DNA of 64,000 nucleotides from an uncultured Trueperaceae bacterium (GTDB lineage: Bacteria > Deinococcota > Deinococci > Deinococcales > Trueperaceae), in contig CAWAPF010000009.1 of the NCBI GenBank assembly GCA_963783895.1, positions 15,128 through 79,127 of the forward strand, read 5' to 3'. Under the pieces are notes generated by a model. It was not told the origin of the DNA. It saw only the letters and a list, made by a program, of their open reading frames with translations, and did no database searches. How positions within the stretch are numbered: the first letter of the stretch is position 1; each line of letters begins with the position of its first letter. Position numbers and translations under genes: made by a program. Below, one piece after another: positions 53,286 to 63,044 of this stretch.

Positions 53286-54044
53286 TCAGTCGCTCCCCTT
53301 TCCTTCACGGGGCGGGCCGGACTTCGTCTGGGTCCGGCGGCCCGGTGAATGCGAGGCGTTGCGGACGGCTTGGACCATGCGGTCTTTGGCCGTCATGACG
53401 TGCCCCTCGGCGAGGCGCCGAGCGAGCAAGGGATCGCGGTCGTTCAGGGCGCGCAGGATGATGCGGTGACCTTTCAACGGGTCGGAAATGAGCCGCTCCG
53501 CGCCGGCCACCGCGCCCCCGGCGCTCTCGATGTAGTCCCACAGGTTGGCGAGCATCGTGATCAGCATCCGGTTGCGCGAGGCGTTGTAGATGCGCTGGTG
53601 GAACTCCCGGGTGGTCTGCTGGAGCGCCGACAGGTTGTCACGCTCCAGGTAGAACCCCATCAGCTCGACCACCTCGTTGAGCTCCTGCAGTTCGTCATCG
53701 GTCAGGTTGATCGCCGCCAGTTCGGTGGCCAGGCCCTCGAGCGCGCGGCGGACCAGATACACCTCTTCGAGCTCCTCGACCTCGAATCCGGTCACCGTGA
53801 TCTGCCGCCGCTGCGTGGTCACGAGACCCTCGGTCTCGAGCATGTGGATCGCCTGCCGAATGGGTGTCCGACTGACCCCCATGGCCGTGGCCAGCTGGTT
53901 CTCGCTCAACTTCTGGTCGGGTCGCAGATGCCCCCGTAGGATCGTCTCGCGCAAGGTCCGGAATGCGAGCTCCCCGAGCGAGGCGCTCGGGTCCTCGCGC
54001 TGGTGCGCCGCAAACATCGCCGCCAATGCCGCCGGGAGCTCCAT
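53286..54044 (-). CDS. GntR family transcriptional regulator with an FCD domain
   Basis: LRETILRGHLRPDQKLSENQLATAMGVSRTPIRQAIHMLETEGLV is followed by an FCD helical domain. It is embedded between livF and the SBP gene. Confidence 0.88.
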   Translation of the reverse strand: MELPAALAAMFAAHQREDPSASLGELAFRTLRETILRGHLRPDQKLSENQLATAMGVSRTPIRQAIHMLETEGLVTTQRRQITVTGFEVEELEEVYLVRRALEGLATELAAINLTDDELQELNEVVELMGFYLERDNLSALQQTTREFHQRIYNASRNRMLITMLANLWDYIESAGGAVAGAERLISDPLKGHRIILRALNDRDPLLARRLAEGHVMTAKDRMVQAVRNASHSPGRRTQTKSGPPREGKGSD

Positions 54045-54748
54045 TACTTCCCCAGGTAAAGGCTGCCGACCTCGGGATTGTCGAGCAAGGCGGGTCCGGT
54101 GTCCTGGAAGCGATTCTGACCACTCGCCAGCACGTATGCCCAGTCGGAGAGCTGCAGCGCGGCCGCGGCGTTCTGCTCCACCAACAGAACGGCCACCCCC
54201 GCCTCACGCAGGGTCTGCACGTGCCCGAGCGCCGACGAAGCGAACTTCGGCGACAAGCCGGCGGTCGGCTCGTCGAGCATGACCAGCTTCGGGCTGAGCA
54301 TCAAGGCCAGCCCCAGCGCCAGCATGTGCTGCTGGCCGCCCGAGAGCTTGCCGGCCGCCTTGCCCCGCGCCGCCGCCAGATCGGGGAACATGGCGTACAC
54401 CCGCTCCAGGCGCTCGCGCAGGTTCCCGCGAAGCGTGAACGCACCGATCTCCAGGTTCTCCTCCACGGTAAGGCTGGGGAAGGTGTTCTCGACCTGGGGC
54501 ACGTAGCACAACCCGAGCCGGACGATGCGATCGGGCGCCCAGCCGGCGATGTCCTGGTCCTGATAGAGGACCGAGCCACGGGATGGCTTCAGCAGACCGA
54601 AGATGGTCTTCATCAGCGTGGACTTGCCCGCCCCGTTCGGGCCGATGATGCTCACCACTTGACCCGGCTCCACGGTGATCGCGACATCGCTCAGGATCGT
54701 CGTGTCCCCGTAGCCGGCCGTGAGGGCGGTCACCTCGAGCAGGGCCAC
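54044..54748 (-). CDS. livF: Branched-chain-amino-acid-type ABC transporter ATP-binding protein (LivF-like)
   Basis: Walker A GPNGAGKST, signature LSGGQQ and Walker B LVMLDEP. Confidence 0.9.
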   Translation of the reverse strand: MALLEVTALTAGYGDTTILSDVAITVEPGQVVSIIGPNGAGKSTLMKTIFGLLKPSRGSVLYQDQDIAGWAPDRIVRLGLCYVPQVENTFPSLTVEENLEIGAFTLRGNLRERLERVYAMFPDLAAARGKAAGKLSGGQQHMLALGLALMLSPKLVMLDEPTAGLSPKFASSALGHVQTLREAGVAVLLVEQNAAAALQLSDWAYVLASGQNRFQDTGPALLDNPEVGSLYLGK

Positions 54749-55504
54749 TCAGACCACCGTCCCGAGGTAGGCATCGACCACGGCGGGATTGTCACGGATC
54801 TCGCGCATGCTTCCCTGCGCCAGGACGCTCCCTTCGGCCATGACGATGACGCGTTCGCACAGGCGCTCGACCATGTTCAGGTTGTGCTCGATGATGAGCA
54901 GGGTGATCCCGCGGGCACGCATCGTCTCGATGTACTCGGCGATGTTGCGCGCCGTCGTGGGATTGACGCCAGCCAGCGGCTCGTCCAGGATGAGCAACTC
55001 CGGGTCCGTCATGAGCGAACGCGCCAGCTCGAGCAGGCGCTTCTGCCCGCCGCTCAGGTTGGCCGCGTACTCGTTGGCCAGTCGGTCGAGCTGGAACAGC
55101 TCCAGCAGCTCGAACGCCTTCCGGACCCCCTCCTGCTCCGCCGCCCGGATGCGCGGCAGCTCGAACACGGTCTGTACGAGGCCTTCGAAGGGTTGAAGCT
55201 GCGCGGCGATCAGCATGTTCTCCATCACCGTGAGAGCGCGGAGCTCGCGTGAGATCTGGAACGTGCGAGTGAGCCCCCTCCGCGAAACCTTCCACATCGG
55301 CAGGTTCTGGATAGCCTTGCCCTTGAACTCGATGCTGCCGCTATCGACCGGCATCCTGCCGCTGATGAGGTTGACCGTGGTGGTCTTGCCGGCGCCGTTG
55401 GGACCGATCAGCCCCACGCTGCTCTGCGCGTGCACAGTGAAGCTGCAGCCGTTGACCGCCCGGTTGCCACCGAAGCGCTTGTGCACAGACCGGACCTCAA
55501 GCAT
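54749..55504 (-). CDS. livG: Branched-chain-amino-acid-type ABC transporter ATP-binding protein (LivG-like)
   Basis: GPNGAGKTT, LSGGQKRLLELAR, ILDEP and a LivG-type C-terminus (AYLG). Confidence 0.9.
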   Translation of the reverse strand: MLEVRSVHKRFGGNRAVNGCSFTVHAQSSVGLIGPNGAGKTTTVNLISGRMPVDSGSIEFKGKAIQNLPMWKVSRRGLTRTFQISRELRALTVMENMLIAAQLQPFEGLVQTVFELPRIRAAEQEGVRKAFELLELFQLDRLANEYAANLSGGQKRLLELARSLMTDPELLILDEPLAGVNPTTARNIAEYIETMRARGITLLIIEHNLNMVERLCERVIVMAEGSVLAQGSMREIRDNPAVVDAYLGTVV

Positions 55505-56522
55505 GGGGGGGCTCCTCGGTTTCGGCGGCGCTGGCCGCTGCCTTCCCCAGCCGGCGGTTGTGCTTGGTGGCCCGATGGAAGCGGTCGGGGCGCTCCGGGA
55601 TGATCCCCTGGGGACGGAACTTGAGCGTCAGGATGAGCAGCAGGCCGATGATGATGTAGCGGAACGCCTCGATGAGCTGGGGATTGGAGGGGATGTTCGG
55701 GAGGAAGCGCGTGCCCTCGGTGAACACGACGGGCACGAGGATCGCCCCCAGGATGGCCCCCCAGTTGTTGCCACTGCCGCCGATCAGCAGCGCCGCCCAC
55801 ACGAAGAAGGTCTCCCCTACGAGGAAGGCACTAGGGTTGAACGCCCCCACGTAGGCGGCAAGCAGGGCTCCACCGATCGACGACAGCACCGCGCCGGTCA
55901 CGAACGCGCGCAGCTTCAGCGACGCCGTGTTGCGCCCGAAGCTCTCGACCACCAGCTCGTCCTCCCGAACGCCCCTCAGAATGCGACCGAAGGGCGCCCG
56001 CAGCACAGCCTGTGCGAGCCACAAGACCAGCGCCAGCATCACCAGGCTCAACCCCAGGAAGAAGAAGTTGTAATCGTTGAACGACAACTTCAGCACGCCG
56101 TTGAAGGGCTGTGGGATCCCCGAGATACCGTCCCAGCCGTTGACGAGCCACGTCTCATTGCCTGCGACGAGCCACAGGATCTGGCTGAAAGCGATCGTCG
56201 TGATGGCCAGGTAATCGCTTCGCAGACGCCTCAGCGCGACGGCTCCGAGGATCCAGGCCACCAGGCCTCCCGCGACCGCAGCCGCCAGCAGGCCGACGAC
56301 GAACGGCGCATGGATGCCCAGGATGTAGGTCTGGCCGGCCCCCGGAATCGGCTTGCCGAGGGTGAACAGACCGTAGCTATAGGCACCGATGGCCACGAAC
56401 GCGTACACGCCGAAGTTGAGGATGCCGGCGAAGCCCCACTGGATATTGAGCCCCAGGGTGATGATGCTATAGATGCAGGCGAAGATCGCCAGGACGGTGA
56501 CGTAGTAGCTGAGGGCGGCCAT
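55497..56522 (-). CDS. livM: Branched-chain-amino-acid-type ABC transporter permease (LivM-like)
   Basis: About 8-9 TM segments in a BPD_transp_2 pattern (LNIQWGFAGILNFGVYAF). Confidence 0.88.
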   Translation of the reverse strand: MAALSYYVTVLAIFACIYSIITLGLNIQWGFAGILNFGVYAFVAIGAYSYGLFTLGKPIPGAGQTYILGIHAPFVVGLLAAAVAGGLVAWILGAVALRRLRSDYLAITTIAFSQILWLVAGNETWLVNGWDGISGIPQPFNGVLKLSFNDYNFFFLGLSLVMLALVLWLAQAVLRAPFGRILRGVREDELVVESFGRNTASLKLRAFVTGAVLSSIGGALLAAYVGAFNPSAFLVGETFFVWAALLIGGSGNNWGAILGAILVPVVFTEGTRFLPNIPSNPQLIEAFRYIIIGLLLILTLKFRPQGIIPERPDRFHRATKHNRRLGKAAASAAETEEPPHA

Positions 56523-57397
56523 CAGCCGCGCCCCCGCGAGGCGAAGATGCCCTCGGGCCTCACCAGCAGGACGCCGATGAGAACGGCGAATGCGATGGCG
56601 TCCTTGTATGCGGAATCCAAGTAGGACGCCGCTACCGAGGTGATGACGCCGATGATCAGCGCTCCCAGCATGGCCCCGTAGGGCTTACCGATACCGCCAA
56701 CGATGACGGCCGCGAAGATCACGAGAAGGAACCCGAAGCCGGTGAAAGGCGTGAAGCTGGCGGTGTTGATGGCCAGCACGACGCCCGCCAGGCCGGCCAT
56801 GGCCGTGCTGATGAACCACGTCCAATCGGTGAGCCAGGTGGTGTTGATGCCGACGATCCGCGCGAGCGTGCGGCGGTCGGACATCGCCCGCATCGCTTTG
56901 CCCAGGCGTGTGTAGCGAAGCAGCACGTGAACGATCACCATGGCCGCCAGGGCCAAACCCAGGATGACGAGCTGCCTGGGTGTGAAGATGAACGGGCCGA
57001 GGTGCAGGGGTTGGCTGGCGCCAAGGGCGAACTTCTGGAACTGCGAGCCCCACAGGGCGAGAAGCCCGCTCTGGATCACGAGCGAGACGCCGATGGTGGC
57101 GATCAGGAGGATGATCGGGTTCGATCCGCGGCGCGTGAACGATTCGAGCACGACCCGGTTGGTGATGACCCCGGCGAGGCCGGTGCATACGATCACGAGC
57201 GGGAGCGCCTCGTAGACGTTGAGGCCGAGGACCGAACCGAACAGCAGGGTGAGATACATTCCCAGCGTCATGAAGTCGCCGTAGGCGAAGTTGACGAAAT
57301 TGGTGACGCCGAACTGCAGTGACAGCCCGACAGCGGCGACCGCGATGACGGACGCCGTGATCAATCCGAACCCGACGGACAGCAGGAGGATGTTCAC
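56522..57397 (-). CDS. livH: Branched-chain-amino-acid-type ABC transporter permease (LivH-like)
   Basis: GTG start at 57397 with a GGGGAGGG SD. Contains LSLQFGVTNFVNFAYGDFMTLG. The upstream 240 nt of the tracked ORF is not protein-like. Confidence 0.88.
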   Translation of the reverse strand: MNILLLSVGFGLITASVIAVAAVGLSLQFGVTNFVNFAYGDFMTLGMYLTLLFGSVLGLNVYEALPLVIVCTGLAGVITNRVVLESFTRRGSNPIILLIATIGVSLVIQSGLLALWGSQFQKFALGASQPLHLGPFIFTPRQLVILGLALAAMVIVHVLLRYTRLGKAMRAMSDRRTLARIVGINTTWLTDWTWFISTAMAGLAGVVLAINTASFTPFTGFGFLLVIFAAVIVGGIGKPYGAMLGALIIGVITSVAASYLDSAYKDAIAFAVLIGVLLVRPEGIFASRGRG

Positions 57398-57653
57398 GCC
57401 CGACCCTCCCCGCGCTCGAACGTCAAGCCCAATGGCACCGTTGCCGTCCAGCACGTGGGATGCCGCGGGCTTCCAAGCGCCTCGCTGTGAATCGGCGAGC
57501 ACCCGACAGCGAACCCATGCCAAGGTGCGGTTGCAACTGCGCTTCGCATCGATCACCCCTTTCAACGGGGACGGGGCACGAAAGCCCGCGGACCCACCGA
57601 GGCGGGCCTGCAACACGGTGCGCCGGAGCGCACCCAACGACGAGGTGTAACCT

Positions 57654-57678
57654 GGTATACGCGGGGTACATGTATACG
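57654..57678. promoter_or_regulatory. GGTATAC and GTATAC half-palindromes 17 bp apart upstream of the liv-type operon (same core as the 51.85-kb operators)
   Basis: The sequence is cctGGTATACgcggggtacatGTATACgaa. Confidence 0.3.
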
Positions 57679-57717
57679 AAATGAGAGAAGCTGCCCATCT
57701 CTCTCATCGCGGACCAC

Positions 57718-57759
57718 GAAAAGCGGATCCCGGCGGCGCCTCGCGCAACCGGGATCCGC
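57718..57759 (-). terminator. Rho-independent terminator of the marR-MFS operon
   Basis: The - strand reads GCGGATCCCGG-(15 nt)-CCGGGATCCGC followed by UUUUC. A second 8-bp hairpin (57681-57707) lies just beyond it. Confidence 0.6.
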
Positions 57760-57786
57760 TCCCCCTACCTCCGCTACTTCAGGCCA

Positions 57787-59523
57787 TCAGGTATCGGCGT
57801 CCGCCGGCGTGAACCGGGCGGGATTCGGCGCGACGCCGCCTCGCGGGGTCCCGCTCGCGGGTTCGGGCACGGGAGCGGGCGCGTCTCCGCCGCGATCCAG
57901 CGGAGCGTCGTCGCCCTCGAAGAACTCGTCGTGCTTCAGGCCGATCTCGGGCAGCAGGAAGGTGGTCAGGAAGGCCAGGATCGCGACCACCAGGCCCACC
58001 ATGAAGATCTCGCCCATACCGTGGCTGAGGCCGACGCGCACGGCGTGCACGAACTGGTCGTAGAACGTCTGGCCCTGCGCTCCGAAGCGGGCGAAGCTGG
58101 ACCGGATGGCGTCCTGAGCCTGCGCCGTGATCAATCCCTGCGGGTTGTCCAGCGCCGCCTGCTGCTGCGGCGGCAGCGCGGCCAGCATCGTACGGAGCGG
58201 GCCGGGCAGCGCCTGGTGGAAATGGCTGGAGAAGCTGCGGGCCAGCACCGTGCCGAGGATCGGCGCGATGATGACGCCACCGAGCGAGCGCACGAACTGC
58301 TGCGTGGCGTTCACCACGCCCATGATCTTGTACGGGAAAGCGTTCTGCACCGCCACGTTCAGCAGCGGCAGCAGCGTGCCGATGCCCATACCCATGACGA
58401 TCATGTTGCGCACGACGGTGGGCCAGGTCGTGGACACGCCCATGAAGTTGAACAGCACCATGCCGCCCACCATGAACGCCGCCCCGATGATGGCCAGCAC
58501 CTTGTAGCGGCCGGTGCGCGTCATGAGCCAGCCGGAGCCGACGCTCCCGACGATGAAGCTCAGCATCATGGGCGTGAGCACCTCGCCGGAGCTCTGGGCC
58601 GACAGGCCCACGACCCCCTGCACGTACAGCGGCAGGAACATGAGCGTTCCAAACATGCCCATCGTCGCGAAGAGCGCGATGACGACCGTGGTCGTGAAGA
58701 TGGGCTTGGCGAAGAGCTGCGGGTCGAGGATCGGCTCCGCCGCGCGGCGCTCGTTCCACACGAACAGTCCGATGAAGACGACCGCCGCAGCGAACATGCC
58801 GAGGATGAGCGGGCTGCCCCAGGCGTACTGCCCGCCCGCCCAGGTGAGGGCCAGCAGTAGCGGTACCAGGCCCAGGGCCATCAGCGCGCTGCCCTGCCAG
58901 TCCAGATTCACGCGGTGATCGACGCGCACCCGGGGCAGGGTGACCAGCACGGCGACCAGCGCTACCGCAGCCACCGGCAGATTGACGTAGAACACCCAGC
59001 GCCAGCCCATGTGGTCGGTGATCCAGCCGCCGACGGTGGGGCCGATGATGCTGGAGATGCCGAAGGTCGCCGCGATCACGCCCATCCAGCGGCCGCGCTC
59101 GCGTGGGTTGAAGATGTCGCCGATGGTGGCGCGCGGCATGCTCATCAGGGCGCCGGCGCCGATGCCCTGAGCGCCCCGCGCCAGGATCAGCTCGAGCATG
59201 GTGTGCGCCTGTCCGCTCACCGCGGAGCCCAGCATGAACACCACCAGGCCGAAGATGTAGAAGGGCTTGCGCCCGTAGATGTCGGAGAGCTTGCCGTAGA
59301 TCGGAACGGTGATGGCCGACGCCATCATGTAGGCGGTGAACACCCAGGCGTAGATGGAGAGCCCCTTGAGGTCGCCGACGATGACCGGCAGCGCCGTCGA
59401 CACCACCGTCTGGTCGAGCGACGCGAAGAACATCGACAGCAGCACCGCGCCGAGCGCCCACCAGCGGGCGTTGCCGGTGATGCGATTGGTGTCCTGCGCC
59501 GCGCGTACGCCGGCCCGTCTCAT
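57787..59523 (-). CDS. MFS transporter, DHA2 (EmrB/QacA, 14-TMS) family
   Basis: ASLDQTVVSTALPVIVGDL, GKLSDIYGRKP and about 14 hydrophobic segments. A hydrophilic C-terminal tail follows. Confidence 0.9.
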   Translation of the reverse strand: MRRAGVRAAQDTNRITGNARWWALGAVLLSMFFASLDQTVVSTALPVIVGDLKGLSIYAWVFTAYMMASAITVPIYGKLSDIYGRKPFYIFGLVVFMLGSAVSGQAHTMLELILARGAQGIGAGALMSMPRATIGDIFNPRERGRWMGVIAATFGISSIIGPTVGGWITDHMGWRWVFYVNLPVAAVALVAVLVTLPRVRVDHRVNLDWQGSALMALGLVPLLLALTWAGGQYAWGSPLILGMFAAAVVFIGLFVWNERRAAEPILDPQLFAKPIFTTTVVIALFATMGMFGTLMFLPLYVQGVVGLSAQSSGEVLTPMMLSFIVGSVGSGWLMTRTGRYKVLAIIGAAFMVGGMVLFNFMGVSTTWPTVVRNMIVMGMGIGTLLPLLNVAVQNAFPYKIMGVVNATQQFVRSLGGVIIAPILGTVLARSFSSHFHQALPGPLRTMLAALPPQQQAALDNPQGLITAQAQDAIRSSFARFGAQGQTFYDQFVHAVRVGLSHGMGEIFMVGLVVAILAFLTTFLLPEIGLKHDEFFEGDDAPLDRGGDAPAPVPEPASGTPRGGVAPNPARFTPADADT

Positions 59524-59975
59524 GCCGCGCCCCCGGCCGGTTGGGCGGCCTCACGCGTCTCCATGACCTCGGCGAGAGCCTCCATGTCCTGGGCGATGCG
59601 GGCGAACGCTCCCGGCGGCACGTCGCGTAGCGCGCGGTCGAGTACATCCCCCAGGGCGGCCCAGCCGGCGGCGCCGGCCTCGACGCCCGCTTCGGTCACC
59701 ACCACCACGATGCGACGCCGGTCGACGGTGTCAGGTCGGCGTTCGACGTAGCCAAGCTCGCTCAGTCGGTCGAGCGCACGTGTGATCAACGGGGCCGCGA
59801 TCCCGGTGCGGTCCTTGAGCTCGTGAGGATGGGCCGAGCCCCCTTCGAACGCGCGCAGCATCACCAGCTCCTTGGGCGAGAGGCCGCAGGCCCGCTCCAC
59901 GGGTTCCGCGGCGACCGCGTGAAGGGCCCGCCCCATCCGCCGCGCCGCGCGGGTCGCCCGAAACAGATCGTCCAT
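59520..59975 (-). CDS. MarR family transcriptional regulator
   Basis: LSPKELVMLRAFEGGSAHPHELKDRTGIAAPLITRALDRLSELGYVERRPDTVDRRRIVVVVTEAG. The stop overlaps the MFS start (ATGA). Confidence 0.88.
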   Translation of the reverse strand: MDDLFRATRAARRMGRALHAVAAEPVERACGLSPKELVMLRAFEGGSAHPHELKDRTGIAAPLITRALDRLSELGYVERRPDTVDRRRIVVVVTEAGVEAGAAGWAALGDVLDRALRDVPPGAFARIAQDMEALAEVMETREAAQPAGGAA

Positions 59976-59996
59976 GATGACAGTCGTTTTCACGCG

Positions 59997-60035
59997 GAAC
60001 AATATAGTCGAGAATAGTTACCTTGTCAATTGTTC
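59997..60035 (-). promoter_or_regulatory. Near-consensus promoter TTGACA-N17-TATATT for marR-MFS, bracketed by the inverted repeat GAACAATa-N23-aATTGTTC (candidate MarR operator)
   Basis: -35 at 60029-60024 and -10 at 60006-60001 on the - strand. The repeat arms lie at 59997-60004 and 60028-60035. Confidence 0.55.
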
Positions 60036-60324
60036 ATGCGACCTCGTTGTCCGGCAGCCACGCGGCCCAGCGCTAGGGCCGCGAGCACCCGCAACAACGC
60101 TCCTCGCGGCCGTCGCGTGCCGTCGCACGCCGTCCCGGCCAGTCGAGCGCCTCCCGCGCCGGCCGCGCAACGGCGCCCCGATGACGTCACGGCTAGGCTG
60201 GGGGACGTCGAGGAGGAGCGATGGACGCACAAGCATCAGCGGACAGGGTTGCCTGCCGCACCGTGGGAGCACGGGCGCACCCGGCCTTGGCGCCGAGCGC
60301 ACGGCACCGCGTCGTTCGTCGCTG

Positions 60325-61227
60325 ATGCGGTCTGTGGGTCGTTCGGTCTGGCGGGTGCTGCGGACCACCGTGGAGGGCTGGCGCGCACACGGCATCCCCC
60401 GCCTCAGCGCCGCGCTGGCGTTCTACACGGTGCTCTCGCTGGCCCCCCTGGTGGTGGTGGCGGTAGGGGTGGCGAGCCTGGTATTCGCGCGACAACAGAT
60501 CCAGAGCGAGATCGTTGCGCAGCTCCAGACGCTCGTCGGCCCGTCCGGGGGCCAGGTCGCCCGAACCCTGTTCGACAACGCCTACCGCGCCTATCGGCCC
60601 AGTTCCGGCCTGGTGGCCTCTGCGATCGGCTTGGGCGCACTGTTGTTCGGAGCCTCGGCCGTGCTCGCTCAGCTCAAGAGCGCCCTCAACACCATCTGGG
60701 GCGGCTCCGACGCCGGCCGCGAAGGCGTGCTCGGGGCCGTGCTGGACAGGTTGCTGTCGTTCGCGCTGGTGTTCGCTTTGGGCTTCCTGCTACTGGCCTC
60801 GCTGCTGTTCAACACGCTCGTCACCGCCTTCAACCGCACCGTCAGCCGGGCGGCCGGGGTCCCTGCCGAGCTGCTCAGCGCCGTCAACGGCGTGGCCGCC
60901 CTCATCTTGACGGCCGTGCTGATGGCGGTGCTATACCGCTACCTGCCCGACACCTTGGTGCGCTGGCGCGACGTCGTACCGGGTGCGGGCATCGCCGCCG
61001 TGCTGTTCGCCGCCGGCAAGTGGCTCCTTGGCCGCTACCTCGGTCACAGCGCCATCGCCTCCGCCTACGGCGCGGCCGGAGCGCTGATCATCGTGCTGCT
61101 GTGGATCTACTACTCGGCGCAGATCTTCTTCCTGGGCGCCGAGCTGACGCGGGCGATCGCCCAGGAGCGGGCCGTTACGTGGCCCGGCTCGCCACCCGGT
61201 CGCACCCGGGACCCTGCCGGGCGTTGA
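60325..61227 (+). CDS. YihY/BrkB family membrane protein
   Basis: LSAALAFYTVLSLAPLVVV, FGASAVLAQLKSALNTIWG, YRYLPD and IVLLWIYYSAQIFFLGAELT. The start is uncertain. Confidence 0.85.
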   Translation: MRSVGRSVWRVLRTTVEGWRAHGIPRLSAALAFYTVLSLAPLVVVAVGVASLVFARQQIQSEIVAQLQTLVGPSGGQVARTLFDNAYRAYRPSSGLVASAIGLGALLFGASAVLAQLKSALNTIWGGSDAGREGVLGAVLDRLLSFALVFALGFLLLASLLFNTLVTAFNRTVSRAAGVPAELLSAVNGVAALILTAVLMAVLYRYLPDTLVRWRDVVPGAGIAAVLFAAGKWLLGRYLGHSAIASAYGAAGALIIVLLWIYYSAQIFFLGAELTRAIAQERAVTWPGSPPGRTRDPAGR

Positions 61228-61336
61228 GCGGCATGGCGATCTCCGCGTCCGCCGCAGACTCGCCTGGCCTGCGGTCGTGCGGCCCGGGAACCATCCCGCG
61301 CCGCACGATCAGAGCGAGCTCGCCAGGGTGCGGCCG

Positions 61337-62866
61337 CTAGGGTGCGCTGGCGTCGGCGCCGGTCACCGTGAACGACAGATCGAACGACGGCAGACGCTCA
61401 CCGGGATGGTCCACCACATTCAGCATCGGCAGCAGGAGGTAGTTGGCGTTCGCGGTGCTGGCCGGCGCGCCCGGACCCTTCAGATCCCCCTTGTAGATGG
61501 AGGGGTAGAGGCTGACGTAGTGCGTCCCGGGCTGCCCCGGCGCCTTGATGTGGATGACGACGTCACCCTGGCTGTTGAAGCCGCAGGCGTAGCCGAAATA
61601 GCCGTTGTCCATCACCAGCGTGTAGATGTTGGCGGTCGCGGTCCAGCCGACCCCTTTCAGGTGCACCGTGATGTCGCCGCCCGGTGCCACGGTCCGAGGC
61701 GACACCTCGAAGACCGACGGCTTGATGGTGTAGTCGGCCTGCGCCCTGGCGTCCCCGGCGGTGGCGACGATGTGGTGCACACCACCCAGGTCGTCCGGCG
61801 TATCGAACCGGTACTCGAAGGCGCCTTCGGCATCGGCCGTGACGCTGGCGAAGGGCCGCGTCGACTCCTGCCAGCCGGCCCCGGAGATGCGGTTGCCGAC
61901 CACGGTGCTCCAGGTGAGGTTCACCTCGGAGCCGGCCGGGAAGCCCCGGCCGCGCAACACCGTGGGGCTACCGACCGCGCCGGTGGAGTAGTCGAGCGCC
62001 AGCGAAGGCGACGCGCCACCGCCCGCGGACGCAGCGGTGCCGGGGTCACGGGTCAGCCCCTGCGTCGCGGCCGGCGCCGATTGCACGGCGGGCCCCGGCG
62101 TGACGGTGAAGACGGCGCTCTCCACCAGTGGGACCTGCGGGATGTAGATGGGCGCCTGCTGCTCGTTGAGGTAGGGAGCGGCGTGGGTGCCCACGATGGC
62201 CTGCAGGGTATGCGGGCCGACGGCTCCGGTGGCAGGGATGGTGACATCCGCGGTGCCGCGGGTGCTCAGCGCAGACAGCATGCCGGTATCGGCGCCGTCG
62301 TACTTGAGATGCCACACCAGGTGATAGAAGCGGTAGCCGAGCCCCGTGAAACGGATGTGGATGGGCGTGCCTACCGGCCCCGAGGCGGGCGACATGGTGA
62401 GGTGCGGCGAGACGACGAAGCCCTGGCGCGCCACCCTTTTGCCGCCGGCATCGAGCAGGAAGACGTTGTGCGTGTAGCCGTAGTCACCGGGCACGGTGAA
62501 ATGGAGCGTCAACGTGCCGTTCGCGCCGGCCACGCCGTTCGCCAGCGTGTGCTGCACCGTCGTGGCAGCGACACCGTTGAAATCGGCGCCGTCGACCTGC
62601 CAGGAAGCGTCCGCGGTCTCCCACGACAGCGCGACCTTAGCCCCCGGCGTGAGGCCGGTGGCCCGCGCCGTCACCTCCGTGCCGACCGGCCCGTGGTCGG
62701 GCGTGAACTCGAGTCGGCCCGCGGCCTGCGCCCGGGCACCGAACATTGCCAGCGCCAGGAGGCCGGCGACCAGGGCGGCCAGGAGGGTACGCGCGTGCTG
62801 ACCGGCGCGCCGCTGCGGCGCGCCGGTCAGCACGCCGTTGGCGATCGTTTGCCGGGTGTCGACCAT
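61337..62866 (-). CDS. Secreted hypothetical protein with about four IPT/Ig-like repeats
   Basis: TM/signal segment LLAALVAGLLALAMFGARAQA. A recurring module is P..GPVGT.v.v.g.G....v.l.W (DHGPVGTEVTARATGL; ASGPVGTPIHIRFTGLG; TGAVGSPTVLRGRGF; VAPGGDITVHLKGVGW). Confidence 0.6.
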   Translation of the reverse strand: MVDTRQTIANGVLTGAPQRRAGQHARTLLAALVAGLLALAMFGARAQAAGRLEFTPDHGPVGTEVTARATGLTPGAKVALSWETADASWQVDGADFNGVAATTVQHTLANGVAGANGTLTLHFTVPGDYGYTHNVFLLDAGGKRVARQGFVVSPHLTMSPASGPVGTPIHIRFTGLGYRFYHLVWHLKYDGADTGMLSALSTRGTADVTIPATGAVGPHTLQAIVGTHAAPYLNEQQAPIYIPQVPLVESAVFTVTPGPAVQSAPAATQGLTRDPGTAASAGGGASPSLALDYSTGAVGSPTVLRGRGFPAGSEVNLTWSTVVGNRISGAGWQESTRPFASVTADAEGAFEYRFDTPDDLGGVHHIVATAGDARAQADYTIKPSVFEVSPRTVAPGGDITVHLKGVGWTATANIYTLVMDNGYFGYACGFNSQGDVVIHIKAPGQPGTHYVSLYPSIYKGDLKGPGAPASTANANYLLLPMLNVVDHPGERLPSFDLSFTVTGADASAP

Positions 62867-63044
62867 GATCCACCTCACGTTCTGCGCGTTCTGCGGTGCG
62901 GCCGCACGGCCGTTCGCGCCGGCCGCCTTCGGCCCGCTCGCGGCGACGGTGCGTTCCGCCCGGTGGCCGAACCACCGGTGGCCGCGGCCCCACGCCAAGG
63001 GTGGAGCCGCGGCCACCGGTGTCGCCTTCGTTATGCGGACGGGC

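Noticed and set aside
57398-57637. An in-frame 80-codon extension upstream of livH in the tracked ORF.
   Set aside because: The translation is not membrane-protein-like. A GTG with a strong GGGGAGGG SD at 57397 starts the conserved LivH sequence (VNILLLSVGFG...). I treat the extension as an untranslated leader of unknown function.
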